Part shown: positions 17,268 to 25,006 of the stretch, piece by piece
Numbering within the stretch: position 1 is the stretch's first letter
How the letters are laid out: each line of letters starts with the position of its first letter
Virus record (IMG/VR): IMGVR_UViG_3300044711_000045
Span: 5,300 to 69,299 of that record
Source: a virus
Taxonomy: Duplodnaviria > Caudoviricetes
Strand: one strand, 5' to 3'
DNA: 64,000 nt
The notes under the pieces: generated by a model
What the model was told of the DNA's origin: nothing
What the model saw: only the letters and a program-made list of their open reading frames with translations
The model's database searches: none
Program-made: the position numbers and the translations under genes

Positions 17268-17846
17268 ATGTTTGAATCTCAAATACTTGGGCCGAGCGTG
17301 GAAGAATTGAACGATCCATCCTCAACTCAATACGCGCCGCACGTCTCACGCCGTGACTTGATTAAGGGTGCGGCTATCGTTGGCGGTGTGACTCTTATCG
17401 GCGGTGGCACGCTCTCGCAGGTTGCTTGTAGTGGGCCTAAGCTCTCCACGTGGGTACAGACGATCATCGGCGCACTGGAAGAACTTAAGCCTCTTCTTCC
17501 GGCGCAGACTTCCGCCATCACGAAGATCATCAAAGTAGCGACGGATTTCAACGCAGCGTATCAATCAGGTAAATTCAAGGACGCCATCACGATCTTCGAG
17601 AATCTATCTACCTTGGTCGATCAACTAATCAGCGACCTTGGCACCCCATCTCAACAAGTGAAGGTGATCGTTGCGGTGGTGGGAATTGCGCTTCGTACGA
17701 TTGCGGTGTTGTTGCGCAATCAAGCATCTCAACCTGAAGTCGCCGCCACGGTAGCTGCTGCGGGCGAGTCGAGCGCGGTGAATGTGGTCAAGCGGCTTAG
17801 TGAGCCGTCTGCTATAGATGCGCTGTTCAGGACAGTCAAACCGTGA
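17268..17846 (+). CDS. Twin-arginine (Tat) signal-bearing helical protein, possible lipoprotein
   Basis: SRRDLIKGAAIVGGVTLIGGG...QVAC. Confidence 0.6.
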   Translation: MFESQILGPSVEELNDPSSTQYAPHVSRRDLIKGAAIVGGVTLIGGGTLSQVACSGPKLSTWVQTIIGALEELKPLLPAQTSAITKIIKVATDFNAAYQSGKFKDAITIFENLSTLVDQLISDLGTPSQQVKVIVAVVGIALRTIAVLLRNQASQPEVAATVAAAGESSAVNVVKRLSEPSAIDALFRTVKP

Positions 17847-18037
17847 CGCAGCGTGTCGTGCAATCCCTCCGTTACGCCAACATGGAGGATGTGTATGCGG
17901 TGGCGCGACGAAAGATAACGTGCAAATGTGGCAAGTGCGTGAGTTGTCGAGCGCGGAAGGCGACACGATTGATACTTGACGTGAAGTGCGCGCTCAATCC
18001 TGAGTTGCGACGGTTTGTAGAACGGGAGACAGCATGA
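17843..18037 (+). CDS. Small Cys-cluster protein
   Basis: CKCGKCVSC. Overlapping start/stop coupling. Confidence 0.55.
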   Translation: MTQRVVQSLRYANMEDVYAVARRKITCKCGKCVSCRARKATRLILDVKCALNPELRRFVERETA

Positions 18038-18234
18038 TCATTCAAATTCAAGACGTTACCTATCCTGAAGGAAGTACTGTTCCCGAAGATGAGCGAGCGG
18101 TAAAAGTCCTTGTTGTCAAAGGACAGTTAGAGGGTTATAGTTTGGAGTTACAATACGCATTGAACTATGCTGAGGCGTCGAAGTTAATTAACGATCTCCA
18201 ATACGAGAGTGAGAGAGAAGAGGAAGCAGCCTAA
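18034..18234 (+). CDS. Hypothetical protein
   Basis: RBS GGGAG, ATGA coupling. Confidence 0.6.
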   Translation: MIIQIQDVTYPEGSTVPEDERAVKVLVVKGQLEGYSLELQYALNYAEASKLINDLQYESEREEEAA

Positions 18235-18416
18235 TGCCAGCACCAACACCTGAAGAAATCACCAATCCAATAGACGAGCAAATGTGGCGCAACCTATCAC
18301 GGCTATTTGAAGACAATCCTTCGTCTTATATGTTTGTCAGTGAGCTGATTGCTGATAAGCTTCATTGCGTGAAAGAACAGCGGCGTCAATGTTCTGAGAA
18401 TCAAAAGGCAGCATAG
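18234..18416 (+). CDS. Hypothetical protein
   Basis: TAATG coupling, GAGGA upstream. Confidence 0.55.
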   Translation: MPAPTPEEITNPIDEQMWRNLSRLFEDNPSSYMFVSELIADKLHCVKEQRRQCSENQKAA

Positions 18417-18446
18417 TCCTCGTTAGAACACCAAGGAGGTGTAACT

Positions 18447-18611
18447 TTGCCACTATCTATGTTCTTCTGGGTTGTATTTATCATCTGGGTGTTGGTAGGC
18501 GGATGGGCGTACTATCAACCGCCGAACTGGAAACCGCTTGGCGGTCACTTTTTACTGGCGTTGCTAATCTTCCTGCTTGGTTGGGGAGCATTCGGCTTTG
18601 TGATCAAGTGA
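18447..18611 (+). CDS. 54-aa two-TM membrane protein (holin-like candidate), not in track
   Basis: AAGGAGGT RBS then TTG. LPLSMFFWVVFIIWVLVGGWAYYQPPNWKPLGGHFLLALLIFLLGWGAFGFVIK. Confidence 0.55.
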   Translation: MPLSMFFWVVFIIWVLVGGWAYYQPPNWKPLGGHFLLALLIFLLGWGAFGFVIK

Positions 18612-18681
18612 GCCGTTATTGTAATCGTAACAGAATTACCAGCCCCTCGTAATCAAATGGCTTAGTTCCCTGATATATCGT

Positions 18682-19110
18682 GTGAGCATGCCGTCAACAA
18701 GCAATGCAGCCAAACTCGCTACCTTACCAACTGCGGCTAAGAATGGAACCGACGCTGGCAAGGTATCTGACATTACACCCAAACCTCAACGTTGGTATTC
18801 CAAGCTTATACCTCATGGGAGGCCACGAGTAATGGCCGAAGAACAAGCTAAAGCTCAAGGCATTTTTGTGCCTAATTGGTACTTTGCGGTTCTATTAATT
18901 CCACTCTGCGGAGCGGTGATTTGGCTGGTCAGTACGCTTACGGAAATCCGTTCCAATCAGGCCAACCTGCAAAACACCATTGAGTTTCGCTTGCGCATTA
19001 TCGAACGGGACGTAAAGCTAAACGATGAACACCTGCGTCAGGTTGAGAACCGAGTGGCGCGAATCGAAGGCAAGAAGAATATTCCACAACCAGTCGAACC
19101 CGAACAATAG
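18682..19110 (+). CDS. Single-TM coiled-coil protein
   Basis: TM WYFAVLLIPLCGAVIWLV followed by a coiled coil. Confidence 0.6.
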   Translation: MSMPSTSNAAKLATLPTAAKNGTDAGKVSDITPKPQRWYSKLIPHGRPRVMAEEQAKAQGIFVPNWYFAVLLIPLCGAVIWLVSTLTEIRSNQANLQNTIEFRLRIIERDVKLNDEHLRQVENRVARIEGKKNIPQPVEPEQ

Positions 19111-19119
19111 GAGACAACT

Positions 19120-19371
19120 ATGGGCGGCATTCCCTGTTCCATTATCATCGACGGTGAAGGCGCACAAGGCAACGCGGCGGCGCTGATTCACTCCCTCAAT
19201 TCATCTTGCTTGCTGGTGGACTACCTTGAACACGATGACGAGGTAGAGTTCAACGAGCAAGACGCTAAATCAATCTCAGACTTTCATAAGAGAGCAAAGG
19301 GACAATTGAAAGACTTGCGCGGTGAGATTGACGAGCTGGTTAAGGTTCTGGCGGCGAAGTATAATCGTTAG
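19120..19371 (+). CDS. Hypothetical protein
   Basis: AGGAG RBS. Confidence 0.6.
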   Translation: MGGIPCSIIIDGEGAQGNAAALIHSLNSSCLLVDYLEHDDEVEFNEQDAKSISDFHKRAKGQLKDLRGEIDELVKVLAAKYNR

Positions 19372-19520
19372 ACTGATTAGCCTTCTGAAGATCCGGCAAT
19401 ACGATACAGAGCGCAATTAGAACGCCGCCGCAGAAGCCAAGCAAAGTACCCAATCCTGCAACACTGGCACCAGCCGTTAAGTAGATGAATCCGGCAAGTC
19501 CAATTAGAATACGCATTCAC

Positions 19521-19909
19521 TCACCCCTGCTCCACTGTGGTGTTGGTAGTGGTGTCAATTGCTGTCAATGAAGCTAGACAAATTGCGCGTGGAAGTGATT
19601 CATTATCTGCTCGATACGGCGTAATTCCTTTAGCAAGAAATACCACTTCCCAATTTGTCGCTGAATTACCAATTCCAATCAGATAGTAACGTTCGCGCAT
19701 CTTCTCCACAACAAGCATGGCGTGCGTAATGAAATATGCAGGTAGCCACTGTTCGGCGCATCTGTCAGCGTGAAACCGTCCAACACCTTTACTATCCACC
19801 CAATTATCAAAGTATTCATCCGTATGCGGGTAGTTAACAGATTCAATATGCCAACATGCCAACCCATAACCCGCTCAGCGATTAAGGCCGACAACTGCTC
19901 ATCGTTCAT
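19521..19909 (-). pseudogene. Phage ABA-sandwich-like protein frameshifted by an 8-bp tandem duplication
   Basis: ATGCCAAC-ATGCCAAC at 19848-19863. Removing one copy gives MNDEQLSALIAERVMGWHIESVNY...AMLVVEKM...LPRAICLASL. Confidence 0.75.
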
Positions 19910-19928
19910 TTCGTTGTAGGGGGGGTGG

Positions 19929-20213
19929 TCATTGGGTAAACACGCATCCTTTGAACCACGGATCGTCCAACATCTTAAGCCGTTCATATTCAGCGAACTC
20001 GTCAACCAATGACTGCCAGTAGCGGTAGCGTGGTCCAAATGGGCGTCCCGTACTAACAATCACCGACGTACAACCACAATGTTCACACGAATGTCCGTTG
20101 CCTAACTCGGCGTTCATCCATTGAGGGAGTCGTCCCAGCCATCGTTTGCACCCGTTGCAGCGAATCGCATGCGAAGGAACAAGTCGTAGACATTCGGCTT
20201 TAGTTTGGGACAT
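19929..20213 (-). CDS. Zinc-ribbon protein
   Basis: CNGC...CEHCGC. Confidence 0.55.
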   Translation of the reverse strand: MSQTKAECLRLVPSHAIRCNGCKRWLGRLPQWMNAELGNGHSCEHCGCTSVIVSTGRPFGPRYRYWQSLVDEFAEYERLKMLDDPWFKGCVFTQ

Positions 20214-20256
20214 CGCCCTCCCCCTCACTTGCAGTGGGTGGTGGTAGTGGTGGTGG

Positions 20257-20505
20257 CTACGACTTCTTCTCCAACGGTTTCAACCACGCCTTATCCATGC
20301 GTGATAGTTCATTCAGAACTAATCGTAGTTGAGTTCGATTGACCTTCGCTCCGCATTGTGCCTGAAGAAGAATGATTACACCGTCTTGTTTCAGCCGTGT
20401 TGAGTTCACGCGCTTCATTGCCGCCGCGATGTCCACAATGGATTGCGCGACTTCTTCAACAGGTGGTAGCGATTCCAGTTGAACTTGCGGTGACTGTTTC
20501 TTCAT
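20257..20505 (-). CDS. Hypothetical protein
   Basis: GAGG RBS, coupled in the minus operon. Confidence 0.6.
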   Translation of the reverse strand: MKKQSPQVQLESLPPVEEVAQSIVDIAAAMKRVNSTRLKQDGVIILLQAQCGAKVNRTQLRLVLNELSRMDKAWLKPLEKKS

Positions 20506-20506
20506 T

Positions 20507-20704
20507 TTACCTCACTCCTAGCGGCGGCCTGCCGCGTCCTCCCCTGCGCCACGGCTTGAATCCCAACCGCTTACGCTGCGCGTCCATATTCGCCCGATGA
20601 TGCTTTAGACAGTAGGAACTCGACTTAACGGTTCTCTTTCTTGAGCAGCTTACACATAGTCCTTGTTCTTTGTGTCGTCTTTGATAATCTCGCTGTCTAC
20701 TCAC
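20507..20704 (-). CDS. Small basic Cys/His protein, likely DNA-binding
   Basis: GLCVSC...YCLKHH and C-terminal GRPPL. Likely start GTG 20704. Confidence 0.55.
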   Translation of the reverse strand: MSRQRDYQRRHKEQGLCVSCSRKRTVKSSSYCLKHHRANMDAQRKRLGFKPWRRGGRGRPPLGVR

Positions 20705-20711
20705 GGAGATT

Positions 20712-20741
20712 ATACTAATTGACTGCACGATGTATTGTCAA
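20712..20741 (-). promoter_or_regulatory. sigma70-type promoter (leftward)
   Basis: TTGACA (20741-20736), 18 nt, TAGTAT (20717-20712). Overlaps the inverted repeat ATTGAC...GTCAAT (20718-20742). Confidence 0.6.
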
Positions 20742-20753
20742 TGATTATTTCTC

Positions 20754-20782
20754 TTGCCACCTCCCGCTGGTGAGAGTATGAT
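20754..20782 (+). promoter_or_regulatory. sigma70-type promoter (rightward) for structured RNA locus
   Basis: TTGCCA, 17 nt, TATGAT. Confidence 0.75.
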
Positions 20783-20788
20783 GTGATT

Positions 20789-20985
20789 GCGTCGGAGTAC
20801 GTCCTCGGTCGCAGTGGTTGGAGCAGGTTGGAATCGTGGCGTAAGCGCGATTTAGGTGTGAGTCTTCGGACTTGCAGGACGCGAACTTCCTACTCCAACC
20901 ACGAAGCTCGTAGCTTCCGAAATCACAGTAACGTTACCCATGCGTGGCGGTAATCAGTCCCGCCGCTAAAATGAGACTGACTAAA
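20789..20985 (+). ncRNA. Structured RNA / 5' leader with UUCG and GNRA hairpins and 3' H-type pseudoknot
   Basis: 10-bp stem 20814-23/20893-902, C(UUCG)G 8-bp hairpin, GC(GUAA)GC hairpin. Pseudoknot GUGGCGG/CCGCCGC with UCAGUC/GACUGA. Confidence 0.7.
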
Positions 20986-21013
20986 TCATGTTCGCAACTT
21001 GGAGGTAGAACCC

Positions 21014-21172
21014 ATGAATGAAACGATAGAAGCCACAGAAGAAGTTAAGTCACTGGTAAAGAAGGCGGCAGACACAACGGACTCAAACGACGCGCTGAAG
21101 TTCTCACAAGCGGCCTTGAATGTCGCACACGCGATGGCAACTTTGCGTAACTTCGACAACAAGAATAATTAA
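21014..21172 (+). CDS. 52-aa helical protein between two structured RNAs (not in track)
   Basis: GGAGGT RBS. MNETIEATEEVKSLVKKAADTTDSNDALKFSQAALNVAHAMATLRNFDNKNN. Confidence 0.75.
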   Translation: MNETIEATEEVKSLVKKAADTTDSNDALKFSQAALNVAHAMATLRNFDNKNN

Positions 21173-21178
21173 GCCGAC

Positions 21179-21347
21179 ATTGAGACTGCGGCGGCGTGGA
21201 GGTCTGAGACTATAAATCGTTCGCAGGAACGACGAAGGACACGCTGACATGGAGTGCACTCCGAAACATCAAGCCAGATAGTGAGCGAAAGCCATACTTG
21301 TGCGAATGCTGGCATAGTTGGTATCAAGCCCAACTCGCAGTCTCAAT
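21179..21347 (+). ncRNA. tRNA-like ncRNA copy A
   Basis: 12-bp terminal stem ATTGAGACTGCG/CGCAGTCTCAAT, D-like arm GCGT-GGA[35 nt]AGGAC-ACGC, T-like arm GTTGG-TATCAAGC-CCAAC. Confidence 0.75.
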
Positions 21348-21374
21348 CTAATTCACAACTCACTAGATGTTTGA

Positions 21375-21383
21375 TGTTATAAT
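21375..21383 (+). promoter_or_regulatory. Extended -10 promoter
   Basis: TG-T-TATAAT, 8 nt before ATG 21392. Confidence 0.6.
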
Positions 21384-21391
21384 CATGGCCC

Positions 21392-22873
21392 ATGAAACAT
21401 CTAATCATGGCCTTGTTGTTGTTGACGCTGACCATCCCGCTTATTGCTCGTTCAAGTAATCCATCGCCACCTCCTCTCCAATGGATTCAAATTCCCAACT
21501 CCCCCTCCGAAGTACTTAGCATCGCTTTCATCAACGCCACCCTCTACGCCGCCACTCGCACTCAGGGACTATGGAGTTACGACGGCACGCAATGGACGCA
21601 GGTGCAGGGATTAGCCGCTGGGCCGGTGTGTCAACTACAAGTCACACCAGCTAAGTCGCTAATAGCTTGCGTGGTAGACAGTTCGAGCAATCCCTTCACT
21701 CACGATTACCGCTACGCCAATGGGCAATGGAAGCAGGTTGTCAACTCAGGGGCGTACTATGAAGCTGACCACGCAATTGACGTAGACGGGGCGATAATTC
21801 AAACCTCGGAGCACATGATCCGGCGCTCAACTGATGATGGGCAGAGTTACACAGACATCGGGCCGGTTGATCCACAGGTTGCCGCGTACTGCATAGCGGT
21901 TGGTTCAACGGGCATATGGTACGTCGGCAGCGAAAATACGGGGATCTATTACTCCACCGACAAAGGAAAGACGTGGAAATCACTGGGATATATGGAAGTG
22001 TATCCTGACCAACTATATCCCTTCGGCAATCCGAGTTCAATAAGATTCGCCAGCGGTCAACCAATCGTAACAACAGGTCAAGGTGGGGTGTTTCTGCACA
22101 CGGGGATCGCAACCGCGCCAACATGGATGACTGGTAATTGCGTGAATCCACCCAACCCGCAGACGTTGTGTTATCCGGTGGTGTTGCCACCTTATCCTGA
22201 TCCCGCAGCGAGAGATAACACCGCGCATGATGTGTTGAAATTAACAGACGGCACCCTGCTACTGCACGGTGGGCATCTATACACCTCACCGGATGGGTCA
22301 GCGTGGACACGTAACGATCAGGGACTTCCCGACACACTGCTCAACACCCCCTATCCCGCAGGCCGCTACTCGCTCATGTCCCATACTCTAGCTTACGGGC
22401 CGGATGGTCGGGTGTATGTTGGCATTCCTGCCCCCGGATTAGGCGTTTGGCGCACCACGACTGTTTCTCCGTCTCCCTCGCCTTCCGCCTCTCCTAGCCC
22501 CGCTACAACGCCAGCAACGGGCATTCAGGTGGTTAGTGCGACGTATGGAGGGAATGTGGGGGCAACTGTGGGGAATGCGACGACCCCCATCGCCTCAGTG
22601 TGCAATGGAAAAACGGGGTGTGTGTACACGGTGGATTATCGCGTGTTGGGAGACCCCGTTCCAAATAAAGCCAAAGATTACGTGGTCAGATATGATTGCA
22701 ACGGTAGTACGCAGGTAGCAAGTGCAGCGGCTGAGGCAGGATTGGGGTCTACGGTTACGTTGACGTGTGTGGGTGGGACACCTTCACCGTCGCCACAACC
22801 ATCCCCCACTCCCACTCCCACAACCATCCCCTGCACCATCATTAACAAGGTGTTGACGTGTCCGTTGCCGTAG
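21392..22873 (+). CDS. Secreted Asp-box (BNR) beta-propeller + Pro/Ser linker + SUEL-type (Gal/Rha-binding) lectin-like domain
   Basis: Signal peptide. Asp-boxes RSTDDGQSY, YSTDKGKTW, TSPDGSAW. SPSP linker. IQVVSATYGG...CNGKTGC...GDPVPNKAKDYVVRYDC. Confidence 0.7.
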   Translation: MKHLIMALLLLTLTIPLIARSSNPSPPPLQWIQIPNSPSEVLSIAFINATLYAATRTQGLWSYDGTQWTQVQGLAAGPVCQLQVTPAKSLIACVVDSSSNPFTHDYRYANGQWKQVVNSGAYYEADHAIDVDGAIIQTSEHMIRRSTDDGQSYTDIGPVDPQVAAYCIAVGSTGIWYVGSENTGIYYSTDKGKTWKSLGYMEVYPDQLYPFGNPSSIRFASGQPIVTTGQGGVFLHTGIATAPTWMTGNCVNPPNPQTLCYPVVLPPYPDPAARDNTAHDVLKLTDGTLLLHGGHLYTSPDGSAWTRNDQGLPDTLLNTPYPAGRYSLMSHTLAYGPDGRVYVGIPAPGLGVWRTTTVSPSPSPSASPSPATTPATGIQVVSATYGGNVGATVGNATTPIASVCNGKTGCVYTVDYRVLGDPVPNKAKDYVVRYDCNGSTQVASAAAEAGLGSTVTLTCVGGTPSPSPQPSPTPTPTTIPCTIINKVLTCPLP

Positions 22874-23077
22874 CTGCCACAACTGTATCGAAGCCATGCT
22901 GGTATCCCTGCTCAAAGGTAGTGAGCGCAAGGTAATAAGCAGCCGCTCCTTCTTTACGTTTCTTCTCAGTCATTCCGCGTCGTCGCATCATGGATTGAAT
23001 TCGACGCATCAGTTTAGGTTGAGTGGGCTTGGTGGAAATAGACCTGCGACGAAATGACAGTTTATGTTTGTGGGTAA

Positions 23078-23608
23078 TCATTGGTTCTCGTTGTCAGGTG
23101 ATGAAGGGGAGGGTGGTTGAGTGAGTTGCTTTCGTATCCACGCCAGCATTTTCTCGTAACGCATTTCCGGCGAAATAAAATCTCGCATTTGTGGACGTTC
23201 AAACTCCCAACGGTACGGGCCTTCACAATTGAACCACTCCATTCCGTCGAAAGCAACGTCATTCTTTTCCACAACCTTCCACGCAACGAGACGCAGCATT
23301 CCGAGTTCAACGCCAAACTCTTCCATCTCGCCGCTCAGGTCATATTCATCATACTCGCCTTCTTCGCACTCGTCGGCTAACAATGCGTGGCCCTTGTACT
23401 TTGCTAGCGCACCAAGCGAGCAAACCTCGCCGTCAGCGTCTTGCAGTTTGCCAGCAATGAGCCTCTTGTCCGGCATTGCCAACAATGCAGCTTCCAGTTC
23501 TCTAAGTGCAGCTTGGCCCTTCTTGCCTTTTAGTGACCGCCGACAATTGGCTTGCCATAGCTCAAACTGTCCACCAAATTCTTCATCTTCGGAATAACCA
23601 ATTCTCAT
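23078..23608 (-). CDS. Hypothetical phage protein
   Basis: AGGAG RBS. GKKGQAALRELEAALLAMPDKRLI...CSLGAL. Confidence 0.7.
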   Translation of the reverse strand: MRIGYSEDEEFGGQFELWQANCRRSLKGKKGQAALRELEAALLAMPDKRLIAGKLQDADGEVCSLGALAKYKGHALLADECEEGEYDEYDLSGEMEEFGVELGMLRLVAWKVVEKNDVAFDGMEWFNCEGPYRWEFERPQMRDFISPEMRYEKMLAWIRKQLTQPPSPSSPDNENQ

Positions 23609-23855
23609 AATCGTCTCCTACCAACACTCCCACCTTCGCCCCTGTCTCACCATTCGCTTTCTCAGAAACGGACAACTAAACGGTGTTGCTTCCTTCAACC
23701 TCACCCGCTCCAGTCGTGGTTGAGGTCGTGGTAGATTATACTGCCTCACTAGCGACTCCAATGGACGCGTAAACTTCAACGCCTCGGCGTTGCGAGGGAG
23801 GTGGGGGTTAGGGTCGTCGTTATTCATTAGCGATCTTCTTCGGTGCGTATTAGGG

Positions 23856-24587
23856 CTAACCAATAGACAGAACCGCAGGATTCAAAACACCGCCGCTTTT
23901 GTTCGCTCGTTCGCCTTCGTCTTTGATTTGGGTTTTGAGGTTGTGCCAGCGTCGGAGTTCTTCGCCGTGTTCCCAAGCTCCAGCGAGCATTGACACCGCC
24001 GCGCCGTACATGAATCCTGTGATTCCTTCGTCGTCCGCCACGCTCGAACACTCTTCGGCGTTATCAACAAGCCATCGCGTTATCTGTGCCGACTCCAACC
24101 CTTGTGGCATTCGCGCTTGCATCAACCGCCCCCACTTCTCGGCGTATCGAACACAGGCTGCGCCGTACCCGTCTGAATTGGCGTCAACCCATGACTGCCA
24201 CTTGCCGACATCGCGTAGAGCCAACGGAGGCGCAGATGCTAACGCTCCCTGAAGTGTCGCCGTCTTAATCGCTTGGCTCTTGTCGTATTCCGCTTGCCGG
24301 ACGCGCTGGCGTTCGTCGCGCTCATCTGTCAGCCGTTTATCTTCCGCCAACTGTTCCGCGCTCAATTCGACAGGCGGATAGGGTTCGACCGTGAAAGTAT
24401 TTGACGGTCGCAACATCCCGCGCCACCAATCGCGTAGAATCAGCTCAGGATTCGAGTCACCAGCGACTTGAACTGTCACGCCATTGAATTCAAATTCAAC
24501 CGTGTCGGAGTGCTTTCGCGCTTCATCGATAGCGAGAGCAATAGCTCCGTTAATTCTTGACCCTGCGTATGATTCAAACTTCCTCAT
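23856..24587 (-). CDS. Hypothetical phage protein
   Basis: AAGGAG RBS. EGITGFMYGAAVSML motif. Directly downstream of tRNA-like RNA B. Confidence 0.75.
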   Translation of the reverse strand: MRKFESYAGSRINGAIALAIDEARKHSDTVEFEFNGVTVQVAGDSNPELILRDWWRGMLRPSNTFTVEPYPPVELSAEQLAEDKRLTDERDERQRVRQAEYDKSQAIKTATLQGALASAPPLALRDVGKWQSWVDANSDGYGAACVRYAEKWGRLMQARMPQGLESAQITRWLVDNAEECSSVADDEGITGFMYGAAVSMLAGAWEHGEELRRWHNLKTQIKDEGERANKSGGVLNPAVLSIG

Positions 24588-24612
24588 GGTTTTCTCCTTC
24601 TCTCAAAGAATT

Positions 24613-24745
24613 GAATTGCGCGGGGTCGGGCTTAATACCGACTATGAGTTTGCTCCACGGCGCTACGAACTTAATCTGCTGGCCCGTGCGGGTTCGCGCC
24701 TCCAGCGCCCCTGCCTGCGTGTCCTTCCACGCCGCCCGCGCATTC
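24613..24745 (-). ncRNA. tRNA-like ncRNA copy B
   Basis: Reverse complement GAAT-GCGCGGG-CG-GCGT GGAAGGAC ACGC-...-CATA-GTCGG TATTAAGC CCGAC-CCCGCGC-AATTC. Confidence 0.75.
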
Positions 24746-24804
24746 TTCCCCGCAAATAACCGCCCTCCCCGGAGCCGTTTCGTGCGGGAGAATTGTCAAA
24801 AGTT

Positions 24805-24942
24805 AGGGATGCGTAGACTGAGGTCGCTCGGTTCTACTTTGGACTTATCGAATTGCCTTTTCGATCCGTCAGTGCTCGCAATCGCGTAGGTAACGGTTTT
24901 AGCTTGCGGCCTCTACCGCCCTCAATCATCTACGCATTCCCT
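24805..24942 (-). ncRNA. Multi-stem structured element upstream of tRNA-like RNA B
   Basis: Terminal stem AGGG.AUGCGUAGA.UUGAGG / CCUCAG-UCUACGCAU-CCCU. Inner GCGGU/ACCGU and AUCGAA/UUCGAU. Confidence 0.55.
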
Positions 24943-25006
24943 CCTCCCCACTGCGATGCACCATAGGTCTAGCCAAGGAGCAAGAGTGGGAGAGATTGTT
25001 AGATAC

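Noticed and set aside
21201-21320. GAGACTATA / ATAGT resembling group I intron P7 (R/S) elements
   Set aside because: The element is only ~170 nt, lacks P3-P6 and an interrupted host gene, and is better explained by the cloverleaf shared with copy B.
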